A DNA stretch of 64,000 nucleotides from Eledone cirrhosa (GCA_964016885.1 OZ024758.1:21638001-21702000); one strand, 5' to 3'; positions 47,280-61,458 are shown, counted from the first letter of the stretch. Notes: generated by a model not told the origin, from the sequence alone. Translations and numbers: made by a program.

Positions 47280-47630
47280 AGATGAAATCGAAAATGCGCC
47301 TGGAGTCTTATTTTAAAAAATATATATATATTTATTTGGTTCCTTTACCGGTTTCGCAGTTCCTCTGCTTTTCAAAAGTAGAGTTGAGATGGAGGGCCTG
47401 TGGTTTTTCTCACATCAGATGTGAGAAAAACCACAGACCCTCCATCTCAACTCTACTTTTGAAAAGCAGAAGAACTGCGAAACCAGTAAAGGAACCAAAT
47501 AAATATATATATATTTTTTTAAATAAGACTCCAGTCGCATTTTCGATTTCATCTTTTTTTCTTTATACTTTGACTCGTGTAGGACACCTCGGTTATTTTT
47601 CATTTTGTAAAAAAAAACTCACTTTCTAAT
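47280..47630. mobile_element. Fold-back element (about 137-bp arms, apex 47417) with U3-A8 hammerheads on both strands
   Basis: CTT TTGAAAA GCAG-aggaa-CTGC GAAA ccgg TA AAG at 47343-47378 (-), with a copy at 47456-47491 (+). Confidence 0.75.
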
Positions 47631-47649
47631 ATATATATATATAATTTTT

Positions 47650-47842
47650 GAAGAAACAAGGGATGTGTGGTTGTTGGATAAAGTGTGTTTAGAAATAAGA
47701 GGAAATAACAAACGGGTGATATTTCCCATCATCAGTTGTCTGCTGGAGATCATGGATATTTCTAGGCATTATTAGAAATGTTCGTGATCTCCAGCAGACA
47801 ACTGATGATGGGAAATATCACACGTTTGTGCTTTTCTCTTAT
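47650..47842. mobile_element. Fold-back element with a stem-II-deleted hammerhead core
   Basis: Arms at about 47695-47765 and 47773-47842; CTGATGA tgg GAAA ta TC. Confidence 0.6.
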
Positions 47843-48574
47843 GTATATATGTGTGTGTGTGTGTGTGTGTATTCGTATGTGTGTATGTATATAAGTATGA
47901 TGTGTCTATGTAAGTGCGTGATGTATGTGTATGTGTGTGTATATGTATGTATGTGTATGTATGTGTGTATATGTGTGTATGTGTATGTTAGTATGAGTGT
48001 GTGTGTGTGTATGTGTGTTTGATATTTGTGTGCAGGTATGTGTATGTGTATATGTGTGTGTGTATGAGTGTATATATGTGTGTATCTGTGTGTGTGATGT
48101 ATGTGTGCATGTGTATGTGATGTGTGCATGTGTGTGTATATGTGTGTATGAGTGTGTATGTGTGTCTATGTGTGTGTGATGTGTGTGTGCATGTATATGT
48201 ATATATGTCTGATGTGTGTATGTGTGTGTAATGTGTGTGTGTGCATATATGTGTGTGATGTGTGTATGTGTGTATATATGTGTATGAGTGTATATGTGTG
48301 TGTGTGTATGTGTGGATGTATGTGTGTATATGTATATGGGTGTAAGTGATGTGTGTATATGTGTGTATGAGTGTATATATGTGTGTGTGTGTATGTGTGT
48401 GTGATGTGTGTGTGTGCATGTATATGTATATATGTGTATGTGATGTGTGTATGTGTGTATATATATGTGTGTATGAGTGTATATGTGTGTATGTGTGATG
48501 TGTGTGTGTGCATGTATGAGTGTATATGTGTGTGTGTGTGCATGTATATATATATATGTGTATGTGTGTAATTA

Positions 48575-48760
48575 ATTGTCTCTACTTTGGGCACAAGGCC
48601 AGCAATTATCCAGTGCATTACTGGTACTTTATTTTACGACCGCGTAAGGATGAAGGGCAAAGTCAACCTCGGCGGGATTTGAACTCATATCGTAAAGGGA
48701 CGTAACTATGCTGCAAAGCATGGCGTCCGACCCTCTACTGATACTGCCAATCCACCGCCC
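48575..48760 (-). mobile_element. tRNA-derived SINE, full length with TSD
   Basis: TSD tgtatgtgtgtaattaat. Confidence 0.92.
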
Positions 48761-50015
48761 TTGTATGTGTGTAATTAATGTGTCTCTATGTGTGTGTGTG
48801 TGCATGTATATGTATATATGTGTATGTGATGTGTGTATGTATCACTAATATTACAATTTACATACGTTACAAACTATCGGCTAAATCGGAACCTTTCTGT
48901 TCTTTTGTCTTTCCTGTTATCCTATTACATCTCACTTCTGCTTTCTCTCTCTCTCTCTCTCTCACAGTCTTTCTCTCTCACACAGTCTTTTTCTCTCACT
49001 CTCTCTCACACACAGTCTTTCTCTCTCACTATCTCTCTCTTATACACTATTTCTCTCTCTCTCTCTCATACACTATTTCTCTTTCTCTCTCTCTCCTTCT
49101 CTCTCTCTGACTCTGTCATTTTTGCTGTCACACTCTCTCTATCTCTATCTCTCTCTCTGTCTCTCTGTCATTTTTGCTGTCACACACTCTCTCTCTCTCC
49201 CTCTCTCTCTCTCTCTATCTATCTATCTCTGTCCCTATAAGTTTCGCTGTAACTCTCCTTCTCTCTCTTTCTTGCTACCACCTCTCCCTCTCTTAATACT
49301 GTATTCCTTTCTCCCTCTCTCCCCTTCCCCTCCCCCCTCAGTCTCTACCCCACCCCCCACCCCACATCTCCCTCTCTCTACCTACCACCCTCTATGCCCC
49401 CTCTCTCTCCCTCCCTCCCCCCCTCTCCCCATCCTCCCCCCTCTCTCCCTCTCTCTCTCTCCCTCTCTCTATCATTCTACTTAACACTTTTAATCTGTCA
49501 CCTTTCATTCCTCAGTTAATTTTTACCATCTCTCCACAATCCCAGATTGCCATATCGTTTACCAGAAGACACAGAATTGAATTTCTATGTCGGTAGTATT
49601 GATTCTATAGAACTAAATACCGTATACCACCGGTATACATTTTATCGATTACAGGTCAATGAAACCAAATGTAAAACCAGCTTTACACATACTATGATGC
49701 AATGCATTTTATCACAAATTCTATCACACTATTTCTGTTCGATCATAATCTCCCAGTATGTTAAGAGTTATCGTTCTTTTTTCCTCTCTAATTGTGAAGT
49801 CTTTATATATTTTCCTACCCTTTCATAGTCTTTATTCTTCATAAAACCATTCTTAAATCATATTATCTCTTCCCTCTGCTTCTTGCAATCTTTTATGTAT
49901 TTCGTTTTATTCATTTTGTTGATGTTTTTTGCCTTTTGTTCTTGTTCTTGTTCTCGTACTGTCACTCGTTTGTTATCTCCCTCCTTCTACCATTTGCTAC
50001 CGTCTCTCTCTCTCA

Positions 50016-50086
<71 letters not shown>

Positions 50087-50403
50087 TCTCTCTCTTTTCC
50101 ATTTGTGTTGTTATTATTGTTTCTTTTATTCCCCAATCCCTTCATCCCTTCAGCTCCATCTCCCCCCCCCCCCCCTCTTCTGACTTATTTGCAGACTTCT
50201 CCTTCATTCTACTGTTTTCTCTCAAAACTTGCAGCTGATATTCCAGCTTTAAACTAATTTATTTCAATTTATATTCTAACAAGCTACCGGCTATTACTTT
50301 TTCAAATACTTCCGTGTTGACAAGTTCTCGCTACATATACTATTGGATTATTAAACGCGTCTAATCCATTATCACTACTATATATAAACGAACGAAAATA
50401 TAT

Positions 50404-50445
<42 letters not shown>

Positions 50446-50666
50446 TCTTGAATAAATACACTCGTAAGGAAAAACAAATTTTTATGCAAATATGCACCAA
50501 TGATCAGAACCCAATTGTCGCGTCAACATCATTACTAAAGCCTCCATTATCTTCATGCCTCTATCATCACTATCATCGTCAATTTTATTATGATTATCTT
50601 CATCATTATCATCATCATCATCAGCTATGATATTGTATCTGACAAGAACAATAACACATGGAAATA

Positions 50667-51076
50667 ATGGTTTCTTATATAGGCACAAGGCCAGCAATTT
50701 TGGAGGAAGGGGGAAAAAGCCGATTAAATCGATCTCAGTGCGTGACTGGTACTTTATTTTATCGACCCACGTAAGGATGAACGGCAAAGTTAACCTCGAC
50801 GGGATTTGAACTCAGACCGTAAAGGGACGTAACTATGCTAGAAAGCATAGCGTCCAACCCTCTACCGATACTGCCAATTCACCGCCCTTCTATAATAATT
50901 GTCTCTACTTGAGGCACAAGGCCAGCAATTATCCCAGTGCATTACTGGTACTTTATTTTATCGACCCCGTAAGGATAAAAGGCAAAGTTAACATCGGTGA
51001 GATTTGAACTCAGATCATAAAGGGAGGTAACTCTATGCTTCAAAGCATGGCGTCCATCCTATACCGATACTGCCAT
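50667..51076 (-). mobile_element. Two tandem tRNA-derived SINEs
   Basis: Copies at about 50667-50888 and 50897-51076. Confidence 0.9.
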
Positions 51077-51478
51077 GGTACATTTTATGATTTTAAAAAA
51101 TAAAACTGTTTTAAGCAAATATTCCTCTATCGATACAACACTAAAGCACAACATCAATACATCTTTATGATCAGTTTGTGATAGCACAAACATTAATATG
51201 TCATATTACACAAAGCTGTATATAGTCACAGCTTCATCACACTGATTGACGTGATAAATAGGAACATTCACCAAACTCATAAAGTTTAATATGTCAAATG
51301 ACTTCCATAAATCAGACCGACAATTCCAACTAGAGACGCCATATAGTATTAATCTTTCTTACGCGCATGTTCATAACGAAAGTATACATCTCTAATTATA
51401 AATTCAATGAATGCACTTATCACAGAATCTAAAAAGATGACAATTGTAAACAAGAACAAATGAGTTTCCAGTATATTC

Positions 51479-51556
<78 letters not shown>

Positions 51557-51679
51557 CAGCTTGCACCCATGTGTGTGACAGCTCACAGCTATGTAGGTTT
51601 AGCTGGCCTCCGCCAAGGTATATCTCGTTGGAGGTGTCTTGGGTGATTTTAATTATAGGGACCCCCAGTCCCTATCATC

Positions 51680-52080
51680 TCATTTCTACAGCTGAGTAAA
51701 CTGGAGCCACGTGAAATAAAGTGTCTTGCTCAAGGAAACAACACATTACCCGGTCCGAGAATTGAACTCACAACCTTTCGATTGCAAGCCCAATGCTCTA
51801 ACCACAAAGCCATGCGCCTTCAGATATCCCAGTATATACAGAAACGAATGACAAATCTCCGACCCCCTTCGTTTACCGTGTGGGGAGGAGGAGTTCGTTG
51901 GGTCTGACCAAGGAAATAATGTTTCCATTGGTCATTCCAATTGCTGATAATATCGACCTGGAGGGAAAAGGAGCAACGGGAAATAAAGCATGTTGCTCGA
52001 AGACACATCACATCGCCCGGCGCGGGAATCGAACTCGCATCCTCAGTATTGTGAGTCCAATTCCCTAACCACTAAGCCAA
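51680..52080 (-). mobile_element. Second tRNA-derived SINE family (CORE-like), two heads
   Basis: Minus strand AGGCGCATGGC..TGGTTAGAGC...GAGTTCAATTC...TCCTTGAGCAAGACACTTTATTTCAC at 51680-51820; second head at about 51960-52080. Confidence 0.7.
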
Positions 52081-52104
52081 GCAACATTATGGGTTTGAAA
52101 TTAA

Positions 52105-52320
52105 TGGTTTCTTATATAGGCACAAGGATAGCAATTTTGGGGGATGGGACAGTGAATTAAATTGACCCCAGTACATGACTGGTACTTTATTTTATCGACC
52201 CCGTAAGGATGAAAGGTGAAGTTAACTTTGGTGGGATTTGAACTCAGAGAGTAGAAATCCGGAACAAATACCATAAAGCATTCTTATTCGACGTTCTCTA
52301 GACTCTGCCAATTCGCTGCC
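52105..52320 (-). mobile_element. Older tRNA-derived SINE
   Basis: Core and B box are recognisable. Confidence 0.8.
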
Positions 52321-52904
52321 TATACCACACAGTGTATCAAGGATTAAACCGAACATATATTCCAAGAATAGCTGGATGGATACCCAATAGAATCTGCTTC
52401 AGTGTAGTGAACAGCTTCAGATGTCAATTTTTGACGGTAAATATATTTCCTTAATGATATTAAGATCTAGTCAATGCCTTGGTTTCAAATACAATAAATC
52501 AGTTCTCGGAGCAGCGATGAAACTAGACTATATTTTTAACGACTAAACTTTATGTGAAGCCACATTGAAAGTGGTTATAAATGACAGGTTTTATTATTAC
52601 AATGGTATAATTTTATGGTGCCCCCATCTTTCATTGGTTAAGAGATTCGGATATCAATAGGAAACGATTGTTTGCTAAGATTAAAACTTTTAACCTGTGT
52701 AAGATATATTAACAACGTTAAGATCTCTTAAATAATGTATGCAGTCCTCAACAAATGAAATGCCATATGCATAATAAAACAATATTATAAAATGTATAAA
52801 TATATATTTCAACATCAATTCTACACCTAGCTTTTTCTTTATATGCACCGAGATAAACAATAAAATACATTAAAGAACGTACACGTAGCCACCTTATACA
52901 TAAT

Positions 52905-53140
52905 GTATGTATGTAAACGGTAAACAGAAATAACAACACAATCGGTACAATATATGGAAGAAATATATTAGGTTAATGCTTGAAATAGCAGGAAGAGGGT
53001 CTTAACGTTTCGAACGTTAGTCCTTCATCAGAAAAAAGAATGAGATATTAGAGAGATTGAAGGGACGGGCGGGTTGGATTTGGAAAAAATGTTTTCAGAG
53101 AAAAATAATAGGTCGGGTCACGTTGCCATCTCTTTGGATT
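52905..53140 (-). mobile_element. Family A element with hammerhead core at 53003-53031
   Basis: Minus strand CTGATGA aggactaacgttc GAAA cgTTA. Confidence 0.65.
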
Positions 53141-53261
53141 TTGAAATATTATTTTCACTCGGAAATTGGATATACACCTGGAGTTTACCTGAACTTCCGC
53201 CAGGAAATATTTTCGTATCACTGATATTTTCTTTCCTTTATTCATAATATATATATACATA

Positions 53262-53535
53262 TAGGAAAAAAGTCAGGAGCCCGGCGGCTCAGCTCCGGTC
53301 GTTTCGACAGATAGATCCGAGCTCTGGTAGTAGTGCCGGGATTTGAATGTGGTATCGGTTAAAGAGTGCTCCACTACGGAAGTAGGAGCTAAAGAACAAA
53401 GAGGGTGTGGGAAAATACCAGGTGGATCAAGACCCACCAGAGTATTCAATACTTAGGGTAGTAGAGTGGGTAATAGGAAAAGAGTCAGGTCCTGGACGGC
53501 TGACCTCCGGCCGTTTCGACAGCTAGATCCGACCT
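53262..53535 (-). mobile_element. Family E2 element; HHR-like unit directly repeated about 210 bp apart
   Basis: ataggaaaa.agtcagg...ggct..ctccgg.cgtttcgacag.tagatccga at about 53262-53322 and 53474-53535; paralog at 63392-63527. Confidence 0.7.
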
Positions 53536-53547
53536 TATATATATATG

Positions 53548-53830
53548 TTTTTCAACGCCCCAAATAATGACGTATTATCTTCGTTTTTTCCCGTTTTTTG
53601 CCAGGGAACATTTCCACGAACCACGTTTTGTTAAATATTTACTTCTGCGTTCACAGATTGACTTTTTTAGTTTTATAAGATCCCGTTAAGGGTGAAAGCA
53701 GCGATTCTTTGCTTAAACTTTAATCTGTTATTTTAATAAATATGTGCTCTATGGTTCTTATATATTTGATATATATTTATCCTTATCGAGCCCTCTTTGG
53801 ATTTTAGTCTTCAAATTTATTATTATTACT
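53548..53830 (+). mobile_element. Family D paralog
   Basis: Matches 8545-8856. Confidence 0.75.
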
Positions 53831-53851
53831 ATATATATATATATATATTTA

Positions 53852-53889
<38 letters not shown>

Positions 53890-54552
53890 TAGATACCTAC
53901 CTGTTTATCAAATCTAAAAGTTTAAATAATATATACTTTGGTAATATATAATTAGATTTCATGAATTTTCGAATCTTAATATACGTTTTCTTAGATATTT
54001 GAATTCTGCAATGACTTGCGAACGTATTCCTAAATATATATTTTTACATAACTGTATTTTTATACTTGAGTGTATGTGCGAAGGGTGATGGTGGCATCGA
54101 TATATTATAGATAAGATTTCTAAATGAAATACATAATCTAATTTTAATTATTTTTGTTTCATCATAGGCTGCAGTTTTATAATAATACATGAATATCCCT
54201 TTTGATGTCTAATTGTTTGTACTAACCTATAAAACAAAATCGATAATTCTGTCGATGATTCGTAAGCAAATAAACTATAGTTTTCGTAGTAATATTTTCA
54301 TTAGATATTGTAAATTTTGAAATCTGAATAAATGACTGAATAAATAAAAGTGTCCTATCATATCGTTTCTCTTAACAGTGTATCCAAGTATAGATTTCTG
54401 AGTTAGAATTTAGAAGTTGAAATCAGTCCATATATCTACAAATTGAATGAAATAGACATGACATGAAATTAATTTAGAATACTGAACTACTTTTCATACA
54501 GCATAGATTCTGTAAAAGCTACGGTATTTTATATGCCTTACTTGGGCAATTT

Positions 54553-55225
54553 TCTTCTTCTTCTTCTTCTTCTTCTTCTTCTTCTTCTTCTTCTTTGCCC
54601 ACTTATTCCTGAGAGGGTCGTGGGGGAAGAGTCATTAAATACACCAGCGTCAGAAGCAACCGTCTCTAACTGATCCGGCTGGATCCCCAAGCATGACTTG
54701 CCAAGCTCATGGATGTTATTCAACGATCAAGCTCGGAGTCTACCTCTGGGTCTCCTGGCAGGTTGGTTTAGCCTGCAAAATCTGCACAGCAATTCTTTCC
54801 TGAGATATTCAAACCATATGCCCATAGTATTGCAGCTGTGATCTCTCAATTCGGAGAAGTAGAGGCTCTACCTGGAGTCTCTCTCTTCTCCAAGCTATAA
54901 ATATCTCCATAAATTCTTTCCTGAGACATTCTAACCACATGCCAATATATTTGAGCTGTGATTCTCAATTCGGAGAAGTAGCGGCTCTACTTGGAGTGTC
55001 TCTCTGATCTCCAAGCTACAAATCTGTCCAGCAATACTTTCCTGAGACATTCTAACCACATGTCCTTAGTATTGGAGCTGTAATCTCTCAATTCGGAGAA
55101 GTAGCCGTTCAACCTGAAGTGTCTCTCTGATCTCCAAGCTACAAATCTGTCCAGCGGTACTTTCCTGAGACATTCTTATCACGTGCCATAGTATTTGAGC
55201 CGAGATCTCTCAATTCGGAGACATA
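54553..55225 (-). mobile_element. RTE 3' end with about four internal 121-bp tandem units and an (AAG)n tail
   Basis: tttcctgaga recurs near 54796, 54917, 55038 and 55161; encodes LGIQPDQLETVASD. Confidence 0.75.
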
Positions 55226-56189
55226 GAGGCTCTTCCTTAAAATAAAACAGGTCTTCTTCCTCTTACTTAAATAATATTGAATGCTTGCAAATCTATGAAG
55301 GGTGTTTACTTGCTGTTTCGTAAACACTCATTTCTTACATTTGTCACACAGTGACATGTAGGATATATTCAGTGAAACGCCCGATTCGTTTCTCTAATAT
55401 CTAACATCATTACTACTCTTATTTAATTTTCCAATATTGATGTGTTGGAAAATTTCAAGGGCCAATTAAAAGCCAATATTCCAGTGAAACTGGCAGTAAA
55501 TCTTTTCTATCAAATGTTGCAATGAAACTGGCAGTAAATCTTTTCTATCAAATGTTGTAGATTTCTATCAAATGTCAGTGTAGGAACCAGGTGCAATGTA
55601 TAAAGTTGTGTGTTTGCTTATCTGTCAACATCTGAGAAATTATACCCAGTTGTGAATTACCTATATATATACGAAAATACTGGCATTTATCCACCGTTGC
55701 GAAGCTGAGATGACTACCAACATAATTTACTTACAAGATAATTTGACAAGTAGTAAGAAGCAACTTTCTGTCAGATAGGCAGTGAGACATTAACTCCAAA
55801 TTAAGCTCAGTCATGAACATTTCTATAACCCAACACTTAATCACAAGTAATTCTAAACCCAAACTGTATTAATTGAATTACAACGAATATATAAATGAAA
55901 CGTATGCACAGGAAAATGGGTGTATATGGTGTGTCATAATGAACACAACAACACGTAGAGATGTGTTTTACAAATAATTCAAACAATCAGCCAAGTATTT
56001 TATGTAGGTTTAAATACTGTCAGCAAAACTATAGTCTGTATATTGCTACATTCATTTAGCTTTCAACAGCACGTTCATTCTCCTTGCTAAAATACTTTAT
56101 AAATCGATATGAAAATCTGCACTGAAACTATAAAGTTCTAGAATGACACAAGAGCATAGACATTTATATATCATAATCAAAGGACACAA

Positions 56190-56251
<62 letters not shown>

Positions 56252-56764
56252 TTATTTATAGATATATAGATATATAGATATATAGATATATATATATATT
56301 TAATTATTTATATATATATATATTTAATTATTTATATATATATATATTTATATATTTATTTATATATATATATATTTATTTATTTATTCATATATATATT
56401 TATATATTTATTTATATATATATATATATTTATTTATTCATATATATATTTATATATTTATTTATTTATATATATATTTATATATTTATTTATATATATA
56501 TATTTATTTATTCATATATATTTTTATATTTATTTATTTATATATATATTTATATATATATTTATATATTTATTTATATATATATTTATATATATATTTA
56601 TATATTTATTTATATATATATATTTATATATTTATTTATATATATATTTATATATATATTTATATATTTATTTATATATTTATTTATATATATATTTATA
56701 TATTTATTTATATATATAAACATGTATATATATATATTTGTATATTTATATATATATATTTGTA

Positions 56765-56811
<47 letters not shown>

Positions 56812-56816
<5 letters not shown>

Positions 56817-57042
56817 AAGAGTGAAGAATAACATGGCCGACTGTAAAAAAAAGGTTTTATTTCCAGTATTAACAATTGTTTCATTCGATCAGGTGAGTCT
56901 AAAGGCCACTAATCAATAGAAATTGCGTCACTCGACCTTAAATACAGTGTGTGTCTCTGATCAAATCATCGGAATAACTATCCACAGTACAGAGTACTTA
57001 CAGCCTCTAACTGGATTACCTTAAATGATACCTTGTTATCCT
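56812..57042. mobile_element. PLE-like element, paralog of 60384-61458
   Basis: Shares tattaacaattgtttcatt..gatcaggtgagtcta and the 3' piece agagtact...cctcta..tggattac...ttgttatcc. Confidence 0.65.
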
Positions 57043-57089
57043 ATTTATATATATATTGTTATGTAATGAACAACATAAGACAATTATTC

Positions 57090-57156
57090 CATTTACCAAA
57101 GGTTTCACGAAGACAGACGATATCGAAACAGACGTCTGAAATCTCTCATCAGACTG
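57090..57156 (-). ncRNA. Candidate type I hammerhead
   Basis: cagt CTGATGA ..CAGACG...CGTCTG.. GAAA cc-ttt-gg TA aatg. Confidence 0.55.
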
Positions 57157-57192
57157 TATGTAATTAAATATAACCTCTATATATATATATAT

Positions 57193-57632
57193 GTAGAGGT
57201 TATATTTAATTTGTTGGGATACAACAAGCAAAATATTTTTATAACTGATATAAAGTACTCAACAAATTATTGGAGTAAATATACAATATATTAACAAATG
57301 GAAGCTATATTTATAAAACCATATTTATTTCATTATACATATTTCAAGGGCCACCAAGGCAAACTATGGTGCGCTTTCATCAGATAAAATATAATATAGG
57401 TTAGTTTTATAAATAAATATTAACATACCCTGAAAATATGCAACCATTCTGGAGATTCCAACCAGAATGGTTGCATTTTTTCAGGGTTTGTCAATATTTA
57501 TTTATAAAACTAACCTATATTATATTTTATCTGATGAAAGCGCACCATAGTTTGCCTTGGTGGCCCTTGAAATATGTATAATGAAATAAATATGGTTTTA
57601 TAAATATAGTTTCCATTTATTAATATATTGTA
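57193..57632. mobile_element. Family B fold-back element with two hammerheads (57327-57390 minus; 57524-57587 plus)
   Basis: Arms at about 57280-57452 and 57460-57632; ATTTTAT CTGATGA aagcgcacca-tagtttgcct-tggtggccctt GAAA tatgta TA ATGAAAT. Confidence 0.85.
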
Positions 57633-58155
57633 TATATATATATATATTTACACTTGTATAAACAATCTTACAATGAAAAGGTAATTTAGAAAGCTATGAA
57701 TAACCGAAAATTATATTCTCTAATATATTTCGAATACTCATATGTCCTAACAAATTTACTCCTGAGTAGAATAAATACTTTTCTGTATTTCATTTTATTT
57801 TCGAGGCCAAATTCCAGCAAATATTTTAATAAATACATAAATACCTAAATATTTTAATATAAATGAACTGGGAATTGGTATGGTGTGTTCAATTAATATT
57901 TCAGCATTTTCCCATCATTAACCAGCATAGCGTAACATATCTGACAAATTTGTTGCAGGAACTCATTAGAACATATTATGACAAATAGATGAGAGAACGG
58001 TAAAGCTAAGAGATCATGTCACCATTTAAAAACATTTCTCTCTATATACTGACCACTGAAGCAGAAGTAATATATGTATATTTATAAAGCTATATACATG
58101 TATGGGAGGATATTTGAGATACTTGAATGCATAAATTAGGATAAAATAATATATG

Positions 58156-58221
<66 letters not shown>

Positions 58222-58392
58222 TGTGTGTGTGTGTATGTGTGTGTGTCTGTACGTATGTATATACAAATTTGTTATATATATATATATATAGGTGTATATA
58301 TATATAATACATATATTTATGTGTACATGTATGTATGTAAGTGTATATACGCACATATATATATACATAGATATATATTTATATATATATAT

Positions 58393-58486
58393 AATTGTTT
58401 CTACTTTTTGGCACAAGGCCAGTAATTCCCCAGTACATTACTGGTACTTTATTTTATCGACCCCGTAAGGATGAAAGGCAAAGTTA
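58393..58486 (-). mobile_element. SINE 3' fragment
   Basis: Family match. Confidence 0.85.
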
Positions 58487-58600
58487 TTATGTACATATTT
58501 ATATATACATATATACATACTTATATGTATATATCTAAATGTAATATAATATATGTATAATATATATGTGTACACATATGTAGGTATATATACATATATT

Positions 58601-58632
<32 letters not shown>

Positions 58633-58963
58633 CATATATAAATATGTGTATCTGTATTTGTATATATGAGTGTGTGTGTGTGTGTAATATGAGTAATGCG
58701 TTTAATCAAACGAGCCCTCCAATACGTATTAAGAAATTATTCTCTCCTCACCTGCATATGTTCATCTATATGGTTTCAACTATACATACATACGCACCAT
58801 ATGCTTTTCCATATATGTCCATGACAATGCTATATATATATATATATATTATTTATTTATTTATTTATTAAAATAACATATTAATAGGGTTCTTATATAT
58901 ATGATATATATATTTATCCTTATCGAGCCATCTTTGGATTTTAGTTTTCACATTTATTATTTT

Positions 58964-59046
<83 letters not shown>

Positions 59047-59474
59047 TATGTATATATATATACATATGCATATATATATCTATATATGCATATATATATA
59101 TATATATGCATATATATATATCTATATATGCATATATATATATATATATGCATATATATATATCTATATATGCATATATATATATATGCATATATATATA
59201 TGCATATATATATATATATATATATGCATATATATATATATATATATATGCATATATATATATATATGCATATATATATATGCATATATATATATATGCA
59301 TGTATGTATATTTTAAAATATATGTTCGCATATCATATCCATAAATATATGGAATCTTTAAATACCGGTGTTTCGGATCAACTATATTTTGAAAGATTTA
59401 TTAATATTATTTTGCTATCTTCCGAACAGATTTTTCTTTTTCTTTTTCTTCTTCTGTATCCCCCTCTCTTCCTT

Positions 59475-59506
<32 letters not shown>

Positions 59507-59526
59507 TACATTTATATATATATATA

Positions 59527-59635
<109 letters not shown>

Positions 59636-60235
59636 AATGTATATATATATATATATATAAATGTATATATATATATATATATAAATGTATATATATATAT
59701 ATATATAAATGTATATATATATATATATATAAATGTATATATATATAAATGTATATATATATAAATGTATATATATATATAAATGTATATATATATATAT
59801 ATATAAATGTATATATATATATATATATAAATGTATATATATATATATATATAAATGTATATATATATATATATATATATAAATGTATATATATATATAT
59901 ATATATATAAATGTATATATATATATATATATATATAAATGTATATATATATATATATATATATATAAATGTATATATATATATATATATAAATGTATAT
60001 ATATTCTATATATCTCTCTCTTTCTCTCTCTATATATATGTATATATATTTTTATATCTTCTATTTCACTCTCTCTCTGTAAATATATATATTCTATATC
60101 TCTCTCATATATATTCTCCCTCTCTTTCTTTATATATATGTATATATATTTCTATATCATCTATCTCACTCTCTCTATATATATATGTCTTCTCTCCTCC
60201 TCTCTCTCTCTCCCTCTCTCTCTCTGTATGTATCT

Positions 60236-61458
60236 AGTGAAATAATTCTTTCTACTTTAGGCACAAGGCCAGCTATTACCCAGTGCATTACTGGTACTTT
60301 ATTTTATCGACCCCGTAAGGATGAAAGGCAAAGTCAACCTCGGCGGGATTTGAACTCAGATCGTAAAGGGATGTAACTATATATAGTGAAATAATGAAGA
60401 GTAACATGGTTGGCTGTACAACAAGGGCCTTTATTTCAGGTATTAACAATTGTTTCATTGATCAGGTGAGTCTAGAGGCCGCTAATGGCTCTAGACTCAC
60501 CTGATCAATGAAACAATTGTTAATACCTGAAATAAAGCCCCTTGTTGTACAGCCAACCATGTTACTCTTCATTGATTGGCAGTATAGGTAGAGGGTCGGA
60601 CGCCATGCTTTCCAGCATAGTTACGTCCCTTTACGATCTGAGTTCAAATCCCGCCGAGGTTGACTTTACCTTTCATCCTTACGGGGGCGATAAAATAAAG
60701 TACCAGTAATGCACTGGTAATTGCTGGCCTTGTGCCTAAAGTAGAAACAATTATTTCATATTACGTGGATTGGCAGTATCGGTAGAGAGTCGAACACCAT
60801 GCTTTGCAGCATAGAGTTACGTTCCTTTATGATCTGAGTTCAAATCCCGCCGAGGTTAACTTTGCCTTTCATCCTTACGGGGTCGATAAAATAAAGTACC
60901 AGTAATGCACTGGTAATTGCTGGCCTTGTACCTAAAATAGAAACAATTATTTCACTATTACGTCCCTTTACGATCTTAGTTCAAATCGCCGAGGTTGACT
61001 TCGCTTTCCTCCTTACGGGGTCGATAAAATAAAGTACCAGTAATGCACTGGGTAATTGCTGGCCTTGTGCCCAAAGTAGAAACAATTATTTCACTATTAT
61101 GGCGGTGGATTGGCAGTATCGGTAGAGGGTCGGATGCCATGCTTTCCATCATAGTTACGTGCCTTTACGATCTGAGTTCAAATCCCGCCGAGGTTGACTT
61201 TACCTTTCATCCTCACGGGGTCGATACAATAAAGTACCAGTAATGCACTGGGTAATTGCTGGCCTTGTGCCTAAAGTAGAAACAATTATTTCACTATTAT
61301 TACTCCAAGTATAACCTACATAGGAATTCCCGCGAACTCGCTGTCTAACTATGGAAACTTCTTGGTGAGTCAAACAAAGCCGTACGTTAAAACTATCCAC
61401 GACGTAGAGTACTCTGAACCTCTATCTGGATTACTTATAACGATAACTTGTTATCCCA
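60236..61458. mobile_element. Fold-back PLE-like element (arms about 60392-60480 and 60487-60573) carrying five SINE insertions
   Basis: SINEs at about 60243-60380 (-), 60574-60732, 60766-60948, 60958-61088 and 61101-61288 (+), separated by attatttca(c)ta. Confidence 0.85.

Noticed and set aside
49547-49828. 93-aa non-repetitive ORF as a possible host exon
   Set aside because: No recognisable domain or convincing splice pair; short host exons elsewhere cannot be excluded without RNA data.
60574-61300. Regularly spaced attatttcacta repeats resembling a CRISPR array
   Set aside because: The intervening sequences are copies of one SINE; eukaryotic context with no cas genes.
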